Assembly: GCF_001945605.1 (NCBI RefSeq)
Contig: NZ_MPKA01000069.1
Location: 1 to 14,281 of the forward strand
DNA: 14,281 nt
Direction of reading: 5' to 3'
Source of the DNA: Dubosiella newyorkensis
GTDB lineage: Bacteria; Bacillota_I; Bacilli_A; Erysipelotrichales; Erysipelotrichaceae
In this document: positions 1-7,431 of the stretch, one piece after another
Numbering within the stretch: the stretch's first letter is position 1
How the letters are laid out: every line of letters begins with the position of its first letter
Notes under the pieces: model-generated
Databases searched by the model: none
Told to the model about the DNA's origin: nothing
The model's input: the letters and a program-made list of their open reading frames with translations, nothing else
Position numbers and translations under genes: made by a program

Positions 1-299
1 TAGAAGGATTCTACAATACGATCCGGATCCATTCCCATTGCGGATACGAATCCCCGATGGAATACGAGAAAAATTACAAGATATTGAAAAAGATGCGTTT
101 AGAAAAAAATTGAGAAGCGTCATTGACAATGGGGATCCCTAAGATAAGCTTGGGGCTTTTCAAGCTGCAGCAAAAGCTGGGAGTTTGAAAAGCAACAAGA
201 AATGGGTTCTTAGGGATGGGGCCCGTAGTCAATGGAAAGCGGAACAAATTTTTTCGGATTTGTCAAAAACAGAAATTTAGATTGTCCTCAAACTTGACA
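1..299 (+). mobile_element. Right (3') end of an IS3-family insertion sequence, partial at the window edge
   Basis: The transposase C-terminus ends at 113. The element appears to end in ...TGTCCTCAAACTTGACA at 299, a CA-3' terminus typical of IS3-family inverted repeats. That position is exactly where the reading frame of an unrelated IS1182-type transposase gene on the minus strand is broken. Confidence 0.55.
3..113 (+). CDS. IS3-family transposase OrfB (rve/DDE integrase), C-terminal fragment, 5' partial
   Basis: Frame 3 is open from the window edge and translates EGFYNTIRIHSHCGYESPMEYEKNYKILKKMRLEKN*. This matches the characteristic ...YN..R.H..LGY.SP.E(Y/F)... tail of rve-type IS3 transposases. 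Stop TGA at 111-113. Confidence 0.7.
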   Translation, partial: EGFYNTIRIHSHCGYESPMEYEKNYKILKKMRLEKN

Positions 300-480
300 T
301 AGTACCAGCTTGAAGAGGACGACCGGACTGATCCCACTTCTTCCGAGATGAGAATAGAGAGGAAGAGCAAGTTCCTGGATACGTTTCCAGTCGATCGCCT
401 TTTGAAGCTTGCGGACGAGATGATCGCCAGGAACGAGCGTATCGAGATCGATCATGACCATTTCGGGCTGAAAGTGAAAG
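300..480 (-). pseudogene. IS1182/IS5-type transposase N-terminal fragment (DUF772-like), truncated by the IS3 insertion
   Basis: The minus-strand translation is FHFQPEMVMIDLDTLVPGDHLVRKLQKAIDWKRIQELALPLYSHLGRSGISPVVLFKLVL. It contains the L(V/I)P.DH..R.I....D...I and GR..I.PVVLFK motifs of the DUF772 N-terminal domain of IS1182-family transposases. The frame runs into the IS3 terminus at 299/300 and stops 3 codons later. The rest of the gene is absent. Confidence 0.6.
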
Positions 481-526
481 GAATAATCGAAAATTAAATA
501 TATAAATGCTACCTATAATAATTTAT

Positions 527-567
527 CAAAAAGAAAAAGACTGCTGACATTCCATTTGTCAACAGTC
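527..567 (-). terminator. Rho-independent terminator downstream of the DUF349 gene
   Basis: Minus strand: GACTGTTGACA-AATGGAA-TGTCAGCAGTC, an 11-bp stem including one G.U pair with a 7-nt loop, followed directly by TTTTTCTTTTT. It lies 21 nt after the TAA stop at 588-590. Confidence 0.65.
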
Positions 568-587
568 TGAGTCGAGTAAATCGACTT

Positions 588-1742
588 TTAGTTTTCTAAA
601 CGGGCATCGATGTCCGCGATCTGCTGTTCGAGTTCATCGATAAAATCTTCTTTGTCTTCGATCTCCGCTTGAATATCGGCCATCGTCGCTTCGCTGACCA
701 GTCCAAACATATCATTTTGAAGACGCTCGATTTGACGTTTTTGATTGTTGACGAGTTCGACCTTTTTGTTTCTCGCCTCCATCATACGCTCTTTCCAATC
801 TTGCTGGCGTTGTTCGCTCGCCTTTTTGAGGCCATCGAAATAAACATCATTGGCCGCTCTGAAATCCGCCCACACTTTATCATCGTGTTCACGGCCCGCG
901 AATCCGATTTTTTTCCAATCGTTGGAAAGCTGTTTCATGAATTCCGTGTTCTCACGTGTATATTCTTGCGAATTCGCGACAGCGCGTGCTTGTTCGACAA
1001 GAGCCATCTTCTTTTCATAGTTTTCTTGACGGGTACGTGCCAATTCATCATAATGTTCGTTTCGGCGTGTATAGAACGCTTGACGGGCATCGTTGAATTC
1101 GTGCCATAAAGCATCGTCCACTTTGTTGCCGGCATGACCGACTTCCTTCCAAGCATCCATCAGTTCTTTCATCGCTTGGCTTGTCTTTTGCCATTCGGTA
1201 GAATCTTGAAGCTGCTTCGCTTTTTCGATCAACACTTCTTTTTCAGCCTTCGCTTCGTCAAAACGAGCATGCATCTCTTCCCACGCCTCGTGCTTTCTTT
1301 GATAGAAGATATCACGAGCCGCCTGGAATTTTTCCCAAAGCGCGTCGTCCATATCACGGCCCGCGTGACCCGCTTGCTTCCATTGCTCCATCAGATCCGC
1401 GACTTCTTTGCTCGCTTTGTTCAAGTTATCCGTTTGAGCCAATTCCTCGGCCCGTTTTACGAGCGCTTCTTTTTTCGCCTGCGCTTCTTTGTAGATCTCA
1501 TTTCTCTTGGCGTAGATTGTATCGAGAGCCGCTTCGAATTCATCTCTTAGCTTGTCTTCATAATCAGACTCCCAATAATGGATTCTTCTCCATCTTCTTT
1601 TCAAATTGTTGAGATCACGCTGCGTCTCGTTCCAATTGGAAGACTCTTCAAAGTTTTTAGCTTCTTCGACCAATTCCTCCTTGAGCGAAATATCCGCATC
1701 CATGTCTTCAACTTCGTACATTTCATCATTCATCTGTGCCAT
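588..1742 (-). CDS. DUF349 repeat-containing protein (function unknown)
   Basis: There are four tandem units of about 70-75 aa with the DUF349 signature W(K/R)..G.......D..LW..F..A.D.F(Y). Examples are LMEQWKQAGHAGRDMDDALWEKFQAARDIFY, LMDAWKEVGHAGNKVDDALWHEFNDARQAFY and LSNDWKKIGFAGREHDDKVWADFRAANDVYF. The N-terminus is acidic and the C-terminus is coiled-coil-like. I place the start at ATG 1742 (MAQMNDEMY...), preceded by GAGG 6 nt upstream, rather than the GTG at 1754. Confidence 0.85.
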   Translation of the reverse strand: MAQMNDEMYEVEDMDADISLKEELVEEAKNFEESSNWNETQRDLNNLKRRWRRIHYWESDYEDKLRDEFEAALDTIYAKRNEIYKEAQAKKEALVKRAEELAQTDNLNKASKEVADLMEQWKQAGHAGRDMDDALWEKFQAARDIFYQRKHEAWEEMHARFDEAKAEKEVLIEKAKQLQDSTEWQKTSQAMKELMDAWKEVGHAGNKVDDALWHEFNDARQAFYTRRNEHYDELARTRQENYEKKMALVEQARAVANSQEYTRENTEFMKQLSNDWKKIGFAGREHDDKVWADFRAANDVYFDGLKKASEQRQQDWKERMMEARNKKVELVNNQKRQIERLQNDMFGLVSEATMADIQAEIEDKEDFIDELEQQIADIDARLEN

Positions 1743-1835
1743 AGGTTTCCTCACTCACTACTACTATACATTTACTATCTAATTCAATATTTTACACGTC
1801 TTTAACGAAATAAAAAAGGGAAAATCGGATTTTTT

Positions 1836-3098
1836 CTACAAATTTCCAAAAATATTTTCTTTTCCGATCGCCAGCATCAACTTGATTCGATTCTCTTGGT
1901 TGACTTTTGTGGCCCCAGGATCATAATCGATCGCCACGATATTCGCTTTCGGGTACGCGTTCCGGATCGAAGAAATCATTCCTTTCCCCGCGATATGATT
2001 AGGCAGGCATCCAAAGGGCTGCGTGCACACGATGTTTTCATAACCTGATTCGACAAGCTCGACCATTTCAGCCGTTAAAAGCCACCCCTCGCCCATCTTG
2101 CAGCCGATCCCGATCAACTGTCTCGCCTTTTCTTTGAGCGCGCTATAGGAAGCGGGCGCCGTAAAATCCGATTTTGTCTTTACCGCATCGATCAAAGCCG
2201 CTTCGAATTTTGATAAATAGGTATAAATAAGCATCGAAGCTTGCTTGGCAAACTTGCTTCCGCCATATAGACGAACATCCTCCATAGGCATATCGATCGC
2301 ATAGAGCATGAACTGCATGATCCCAGGAACCATCACCTCGCATGCTTCCTGTTCTAAAAAGTCCTGCAAATGGTTGTTGGCAAGAGGTGAATATTTCACG
2401 AAGATTTCCCCCACGATCCCGACCTTCACCTTTGGCGTTTTCTTTAAAGGGATCCTAGAAAAGTCACAGACGATCTTCGAATAATTTTGGCGCACTTGAT
2501 TTAGCGAGAATCCCGTATTGTTTTGAAAAAGTTCGCTGATCGTTTGCACCCAATCATCGACAAGCTGATCCGTTTGCCCTTTCTCCTTTTCATAGGGGCG
2601 TGTCTGGTTGCTCAAAAGCATCAACGCATCCCCATAGGCTAAAGCCGCCAAAAGCCTTCTAAGCATTGGAAATGTCAGCTTGAATCCAGGATGATTTTCC
2701 ATTTTTCCTAACGATACCGAAATGACAGGTACTTGCTCCATTCCTGCATCTTTTAAAGCTTTTCGCAATAGATAAATATAATTGCTCGCCCGACATCCTC
2801 CACCCGTTTGCGTCATGATCAAGGCCACATGCTCTAGATCGTAGCCACCGCTCTTTAAAGCGTCGATCATTTGTCCGATCGTGATCAAAGCCGGATAACA
2901 AGTATCATTATGGACATAGCGAAGTCCCTCTTCGATCAAATGAGCGCCTTCATTATGAAGAAGCTCGACTTTATAACCGCTTCCTTTAAGCACATTTTGG
3001 ACGAGCTGAAAATGGAGCGGAAGCATGTTGGGGAATAAAAGGGTGTGGGTTTCCTTCATCTCTTTCGTAAAAAGATGAAGCGGAACTCGTTCAGTCAT
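1836..3098 (-). CDS. 2-hydroxyacyl-CoA dehydratase-family / DUF2229-type subunit (activase-associated Fe-S protein)
   Basis: The 420-aa product has conserved Cys motifs typical of the activase-associated COG3581/DUF2229 proteins: HNDTCYPALI, QTGGGCRASNY and CTQPFGCLPNH. Its ATG at 3098 overlaps the upstream stop (ATGACTGA) and is preceded by AGGAG. Confidence 0.8.
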   Translation of the reverse strand: MTERVPLHLFTKEMKETHTLLFPNMLPLHFQLVQNVLKGSGYKVELLHNEGAHLIEEGLRYVHNDTCYPALITIGQMIDALKSGGYDLEHVALIMTQTGGGCRASNYIYLLRKALKDAGMEQVPVISVSLGKMENHPGFKLTFPMLRRLLAALAYGDALMLLSNQTRPYEKEKGQTDQLVDDWVQTISELFQNNTGFSLNQVRQNYSKIVCDFSRIPLKKTPKVKVGIVGEIFVKYSPLANNHLQDFLEQEACEVMVPGIMQFMLYAIDMPMEDVRLYGGSKFAKQASMLIYTYLSKFEAALIDAVKTKSDFTAPASYSALKEKARQLIGIGCKMGEGWLLTAEMVELVESGYENIVCTQPFGCLPNHIAGKGMISSIRNAYPKANIVAIDYDPGATKVNQENRIKLMLAIGKENIFGNL

Positions 3099-6003
3099 AC
3101 ATTTTTCTCCTTTTTGTCGCGAATAAAGAACGAAGGCGGATCTTGATCGCTCCTAGATTGCTGACTTCATCGATCTTGAGCTGGGTATAGAGTTTTCCAT
3201 GCGTCTCCAAGATGGCGCGCATCTCATCGCTTGTGATCGCGTCCAATCCGCACCCAAATGAAACGAGCTGCACGACTTCAATGTTGGGATACGTGGCATG
3301 ACAGGCGAAATCAGCAGCCGAATACATGCGGGCATGATACGTCCATTGATTCAAAATATCCGTATCCGCCTTTTGGCTCATATGCGCGACACTATCCTCC
3401 GAAAGTAGAACGATCCCTTGCGAAGCGATAAACTTATCGATTCCGTGATTGATCTCTTCATCAAGATGATAAGGTCTACCGCACAAAATCAATACAGGCA
3501 AGCCGTGTTCGCACGCATAGCGATAATATCGATCCCCTTGATCTCGGATCGATTCCATATGCCGAGCATATTCTCGATACGCTTTATTGACTGCTTCCGC
3601 CACTTCCTTTTTTGAAAACGGATATGACCAGGTGTTCATCAAAAACTCATAAAAATGCTTTTCAAAATCCTTTGGACGATGCAAACCAAAATAAGGATAT
3701 AGGAAGCGCACATCTTCATCGAGCGTGGTCTTGAGCACTTCGGGATAATAAGCCACGATCGGACAATTATAGTGATCGTTCGATCGATGCTCATCCACAT
3801 TGTATGAAAGACAAGGATGGAAGATCGTCTTGATTCCCTTTTCCTTGAGCGCCATCAAATGGCCATGCATCAATTTTGCCGGATAGCATACTGTATCACT
3901 TGGGATCGTCCCTTGCCCCTTATGATAGATCGCTTTGCTTGAAGGCGGCGAGATCTCGATGCCAAAGCCTAATTCCTTGAATAACGTATACCAAAACGGA
4001 AGAAGCTCATACATATTCAAGCCAAGCATCAATCCAATACGCTCTTTTTCTCCTTCAAACGACACATACTTGGAAAGAAGCTCTTTTTTAAACGTATAGA
4101 TCGAGATCGGCGCTTTGGTTTTTGATGTTCCTAACGGCTTTTCACATTGGTTGCCTGCAATATAACGCTCCCCATTCTCGAACGTGTTGATCGTTAGACG
4201 ACAATGATTCGTGCATCCTTGGCAGGTGATCGCTTGCACTTGATGTTTGAAGCGTTCTAATTCTCGAGCATTCATCAATACGCTTTTTTCGCAACGATTT
4301 TCTAAAGCGTAAAGGGCCGCCCCATAGGCGCCCATCAATCCCGATCGAGCGGGCCGAATGACTGGATGGCCGAGCTCTTGCTCAAAGGCTCTCAATACAG
4401 AATCATTTAAAAACGTTCCCCCTTGGGTAATGATGTGGGTGCCGAGTTCTTGCTTATCTTTGATCCGGATCACTTTATAAAGCGCGTTTTTTACGACGCT
4501 GATCGATAAACCGGCCGCGATATTTTCGATGGTCGCTCCATCTTTTTGCGCTTGCTTGACAGATGAATTCATAAATACAGTACAGCGGGAACCTAGATCG
4601 ACAGGTCTAGGAGCGAACAAGCCCTTTTGAGAAAATTCCTCGATCGAATACCCTAAAGCTTGGGCAAAGGTTTGCAAAAACGAGCCACACCCCGAAGAAC
4701 AAGCCTCATTTAAGTAAATACTGTCGATCGCCTGGTTGCGGATCTGAAAGCACTTGATATCTTGTCCGCCAATATCGATGATGAAATCCACGTTTGGATC
4801 GTATTGTTTCGCGGCCGTATAGTGGGCGATCGTTTCCACGATTCCATGGTCGGCATGGAACGCGTGTTGAATGATCTCCTCGCCATACCCCGTCGTGGCG
4901 CTTCCAATCACCTTTCCATTTGGAAAATGAGCGTACAGGTCTTCTAAGAACGCTTTGACTAGCGGGACAGGATTCCCGGCATTGGACATATAATCCGAAA
5001 AAACGATTTCTTTATTCTCGTCGATCGCCACGGCTTTTAGTGTCGTGCTTCCCGCGTCGATTCCTACGCTCAATCGTACAGGTTCGTTTGAACGTTTTTT
5101 GATGATCTGGCTTTCCTTAGGATGACGAGAAGTAAAATCTTGATATTCCTTTTGGCTCTTGAACAATGGAGGACAAGAAGCGTATTGATCGCTCGCTCGA
5201 TAATCGCCAAGCATCTTCAATAACACATCGAACGAAAAGCTTTCTTGTTTCGATAAAAGCGCGGCGCCATAGGCTACATAATATAACGAGTAGGGCGGAC
5301 AGATCCCTTGCTTATGCAAGGTTTTGTCGAACGCCGCTCTTAGTTCCGAAAAAAATGTGAGAGGTCCGCCTAAATAAACGATATTTCCATCGATCTTGCG
5401 TCCATGCGCCAAGCCTGCGATCGTTTGATTGACAACCGCTTGAAAGATCGAAGCGGAAATATCTTCTTTGCACGCCCCTTGATTCAATAGGGGCTGTATA
5501 TCGGATTTAGCGAAAACACCACACCGGGAAGCGATGCTGTAGATCTTTTTATGATCGCTTGCCAAGGCGTTCATTTCCTTTTGGCTGATGCCTAAAAGTG
5601 TCGCCATTTGATCGATGAACGCGCCCGTTCCTCCTGCGCAGCTTCCATTCATGCAAACATCCATCATGCCTGAAAGAAAAAGGATCTTCGCATCCTCGCC
5701 ACCTAGCTCGATCACGACATCCGTTTCAGGAAGAAGCGCCTTGATCGCCGCTCTTGTGGCATACACTTCTTGGGCAAAAGGAATATGCAGCTCATTAGCC
5801 AAGCCCATTCCGGCAGACCCCGAAATACAAAAATGGATCGTATTTTTTGAAAACATCGAACGGATGTGTTTTAACATTTCTATCACTTTATCCGTAATTT
5901 GTGCATAATGGCGTTCATATTGTTGATAAAGAATCGTACCTTCTTCATCTAAGACGACGCTTTTTAACGTTGTCGAACCTATATCCATGCCAATTCTTAA
6001 CAT
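3091..6003 (-). CDS. Fusion protein: two tandem BcrAD/BadFG (HgdC-like) activase ATPase domains plus a Cys-rich linker plus a dehydratase-like (DUF2229/COG3580) domain
   Basis: There are two ASKHA-fold modules, MDIGSTTLKSVVL... from aa 1 and GIDAGSTTLKAVAI... from about aa 310. Each has a Cys pair 39 residues apart (C122/C161 and C435/C474), the same spacing as the cluster ligands C127/C166 of HgdC. A C594-x2-C597-x3-C601...C620 motif lies at nt 4144-4224. The C-terminal about 350 aa carry SDTVCYPAK, HPCLSY, YNCPIVAYYPE and VSFGCGLDA. An AGGAG RBS precedes ATG 6003. Confidence 0.88.
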   Translation of the reverse strand: MLRIGMDIGSTTLKSVVLDEEGTILYQQYERHYAQITDKVIEMLKHIRSMFSKNTIHFCISGSAGMGLANELHIPFAQEVYATRAAIKALLPETDVVIELGGEDAKILFLSGMMDVCMNGSCAGGTGAFIDQMATLLGISQKEMNALASDHKKIYSIASRCGVFAKSDIQPLLNQGACKEDISASIFQAVVNQTIAGLAHGRKIDGNIVYLGGPLTFFSELRAAFDKTLHKQGICPPYSLYYVAYGAALLSKQESFSFDVLLKMLGDYRASDQYASCPPLFKSQKEYQDFTSRHPKESQIIKKRSNEPVRLSVGIDAGSTTLKAVAIDENKEIVFSDYMSNAGNPVPLVKAFLEDLYAHFPNGKVIGSATTGYGEEIIQHAFHADHGIVETIAHYTAAKQYDPNVDFIIDIGGQDIKCFQIRNQAIDSIYLNEACSSGCGSFLQTFAQALGYSIEEFSQKGLFAPRPVDLGSRCTVFMNSSVKQAQKDGATIENIAAGLSISVVKNALYKVIRIKDKQELGTHIITQGGTFLNDSVLRAFEQELGHPVIRPARSGLMGAYGAALYALENRCEKSVLMNARELERFKHQVQAITCQGCTNHCRLTINTFENGERYIAGNQCEKPLGTSKTKAPISIYTFKKELLSKYVSFEGEKERIGLMLGLNMYELLPFWYTLFKELGFGIEISPPSSKAIYHKGQGTIPSDTVCYPAKLMHGHLMALKEKGIKTIFHPCLSYNVDEHRSNDHYNCPIVAYYPEVLKTTLDEDVRFLYPYFGLHRPKDFEKHFYEFLMNTWSYPFSKKEVAEAVNKAYREYARHMESIRDQGDRYYRYACEHGLPVLILCGRPYHLDEEINHGIDKFIASQGIVLLSEDSVAHMSQKADTDILNQWTYHARMYSAADFACHATYPNIEVVQLVSFGCGLDAITSDEMRAILETHGKLYTQLKIDEVSNLGAIKIRLRSLFATKRRKMYD

Positions 6004-6038
6004 AGATCTCTCCTTCTAAATCAAAAAAAATATAGCTC

Positions 6039-6068
6039 ATTATATACCCAATCTTTGTCAAGTTACAA
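6039..6068 (-). promoter_or_regulatory. Candidate sigma-A promoter for the activase/dehydratase operon
   Basis: Minus strand: TTGTAA (-35), 18-nt spacer, TATAAT (-10). The -10 lies about 35 nt upstream of ATG 6003. A consensus TTGACA also occurs here, but only 11 nt from the -10. Confidence 0.35.
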
Positions 6069-6071
6069 CTC

Positions 6072-6096
6072 AGAAAAAAAGACCGATTTCTCGGTC
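6072..6096 (-). terminator. Rho-independent terminator of the MFS gene
   Basis: Minus strand: GACCGA-GAAA-TCGGTC followed by TTTTTTT. The stem overlaps the TGA stop at 6095-6097. Confidence 0.65.
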
Positions 6097-7285
6097 ATTC
6101 GCAATTCACTTCTAAAACAAGCTGTTTTTGTTTTGATTTTGAAGAACGGTTCACAAGGAAAGCAAAAAGGATTCCCGAAAATGTGAAGATCAACGCTAAC
6201 CCAAGCATCATCGACATTCCATAATTCTCTTGGATAAAGCCACAGCTGAAATTGCCGATCGCCGCTCCAAGGCCCGAAGTCATGACTCCTATGAGTGTCT
6301 GGCCCATGATCTGATCCTCTTTTTCTAAATGCTCGGCAACATAATAGGTGATGATCGGTGTAAAGAGACCATACGAACAGCCTTGAAACACCATGCCCAG
6401 CAATACAAAGCCTAGATTTGGCGCTAGAGCGATCAAACCGTTTCGCACTCCATAAAAAGCGGCTGCCGTTAAAAGCAGCTTCTGGGAGCCGAATCGTCTT
6501 TTCAAACGCGGCGCGATACTCATGATCGGTAGTTCGCTTGCCGCCATCACAAAAGTCGCCATCCCAAATAAAGAAGCATTTCCTCCATGGTACTCGACAA
6601 TGTCGATCAAATACGTAGCAAGCGCTGAGGAGGCGGCGAACATCAACATGAACGCGAACAAGATCCAGAGCAGTTTTTTATATTTGAAGATCGAAGTCTT
6701 CGAACCGCTTTCCTTTTTTTCTTTCCCCTCCATATAGCAAGCAGGCATGCTCGCTAGAAAAGCTAGCGCCAATACACCCGTGATCGCATAAGCGGCAATT
6801 AAGATCCGAGGGTCAAAAAATGTCAATAAGTTTCCGATCACGACAGCGCTGATCGCATAAGAAATCGAACCAAGTCCCCTGGACAATCCAAAGTTGACGG
6901 ATTTTCCATGTTCGATATACTGCATAGCGATCGTCGAGATCAATGGGACCATCGAAATATTCATCGCATACAAAAGCAAATAGATCAGCATGATCATCCA
7001 TTTAGGAAGAGGCATCCATAATAATAGACCAAATCCAGCACCAATGATCACGAACATCGTCATCAAGATCTGCTGGATCGACATCGCTTTGATCTTGGAT
7101 GCAAGTGTGGAAAAAGCAGGAGATAAAAAAATGGTCGCAAGGGAAGATGCTCCTGTCACAAGCCCTACTTCGCTCGTGCTCAAGCCTTTGAATTTTAAAA
7201 GGATGGCCGCGCATCCAATCAACGAGAACACATTCGCCCAATAGGCAACATGAAACGCGCTATACCGATTTTGTAATGATCGCAT
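6095..7285 (-). CDS. MFS transporter (MFS_1_like type, substrate unknown)
   Basis: The 396-aa product is highly hydrophobic with about 12 predicted TM segments and a central charged loop (YMEGKEKKESGSKTSIFKYKK). A strong RBS GAAGGAGGG precedes ATG 7285. Confidence 0.88.
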   Translation of the reverse strand: MRSLQNRYSAFHVAYWANVFSLIGCAAILLKFKGLSTSEVGLVTGASSLATIFLSPAFSTLASKIKAMSIQQILMTMFVIIGAGFGLLLWMPLPKWMIMLIYLLLYAMNISMVPLISTIAMQYIEHGKSVNFGLSRGLGSISYAISAVVIGNLLTFFDPRILIAAYAITGVLALAFLASMPACYMEGKEKKESGSKTSIFKYKKLLWILFAFMLMFAASSALATYLIDIVEYHGGNASLFGMATFVMAASELPIMSIAPRLKRRFGSQKLLLTAAAFYGVRNGLIALAPNLGFVLLGMVFQGCSYGLFTPIITYYVAEHLEKEDQIMGQTLIGVMTSGLGAAIGNFSCGFIQENYGMSMMLGLALIFTFSGILFAFLVNRSSKSKQKQLVLEVNCE

Positions 7286-7360
7286 CGTATTCCCTCCTTC
7301 TAACTATTCCCTATCTTAGTCTTTTTTTCAGAAAACAAAAGGGCGGAGGATCTAGTTGAT

Positions 7361-7410
7361 ACTCTGTTTCACAGGTGGGAATCGTTCGTTCCTTTCTAGC
7401 GAAACAGAGT
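7361..7410. promoter_or_regulatory. Perfect 10-bp inverted repeat (ACTCTGTTTC-N30-GAAACAGAGT); candidate operator or leader hairpin
   Basis: The arms at 7361-7370 and 7401-7410 are exact reverse complements. The 30-nt spacer contains a nested GGAA-N7-TTCC. The element sits in the MFS/rpiR divergent intergenic region. Confidence 0.4.
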
Positions 7411-7425
7411 TTCCCATGGTACAAT
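7397..7425 (+). promoter_or_regulatory. Candidate extended -10 promoter for rpiR (leaderless transcript model)
   Basis: TGGTACAAT at 7417-7425 fits the TGnTAnAAT form. The last base of the -10 is 7 nt before the A of ATG 7432. The -35 is weak (TAGCGA at 17-nt spacing). Confidence 0.4.
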
Positions 7426-7431
7426 TTAACT

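Noticed and set aside
1743-1754. GTG start at 1754 for the DUF349 gene
   Set aside because: That GTG lies inside the GAGG Shine-Dalgarno sequence that serves the ATG at 1742.
669-1805. Plus-strand ORFs of 146, 138 and 75 aa (669-1109, 1134-1550, 1578-1805) antisense to the DUF349 gene
   Set aside because: - They have no RBS.
- Their translations are low-complexity and rich in F/L/R/S.
- They lie entirely antisense to a CDS with a clear repeat-family signature, so they are typical shadow ORFs.
3085-3105. Possibility that the 970-aa and 420-aa ORFs are one frameshifted gene of about 1390 aa (a pseudogene)
   Set aside because: - The junction is a clean ATGACTGA start/stop overlap with an AGGAG box 8 nt upstream of the ATG, typical of translational coupling.
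- The two halves correspond to separate conserved protein families.
- A single-contig check against relatives would confirm this.
7375-7431. ORF-track GTG start at 7375 for the RpiR gene
   Set aside because: - It has no RBS.
- The 19 extra residues (MGIVRSFLAKQSFPWYNLT) precede the point where RpiR-family proteins normally begin (M...L......LS..E..IA.YIL).
- It would run through the 10-bp inverted repeat and the -10 element.
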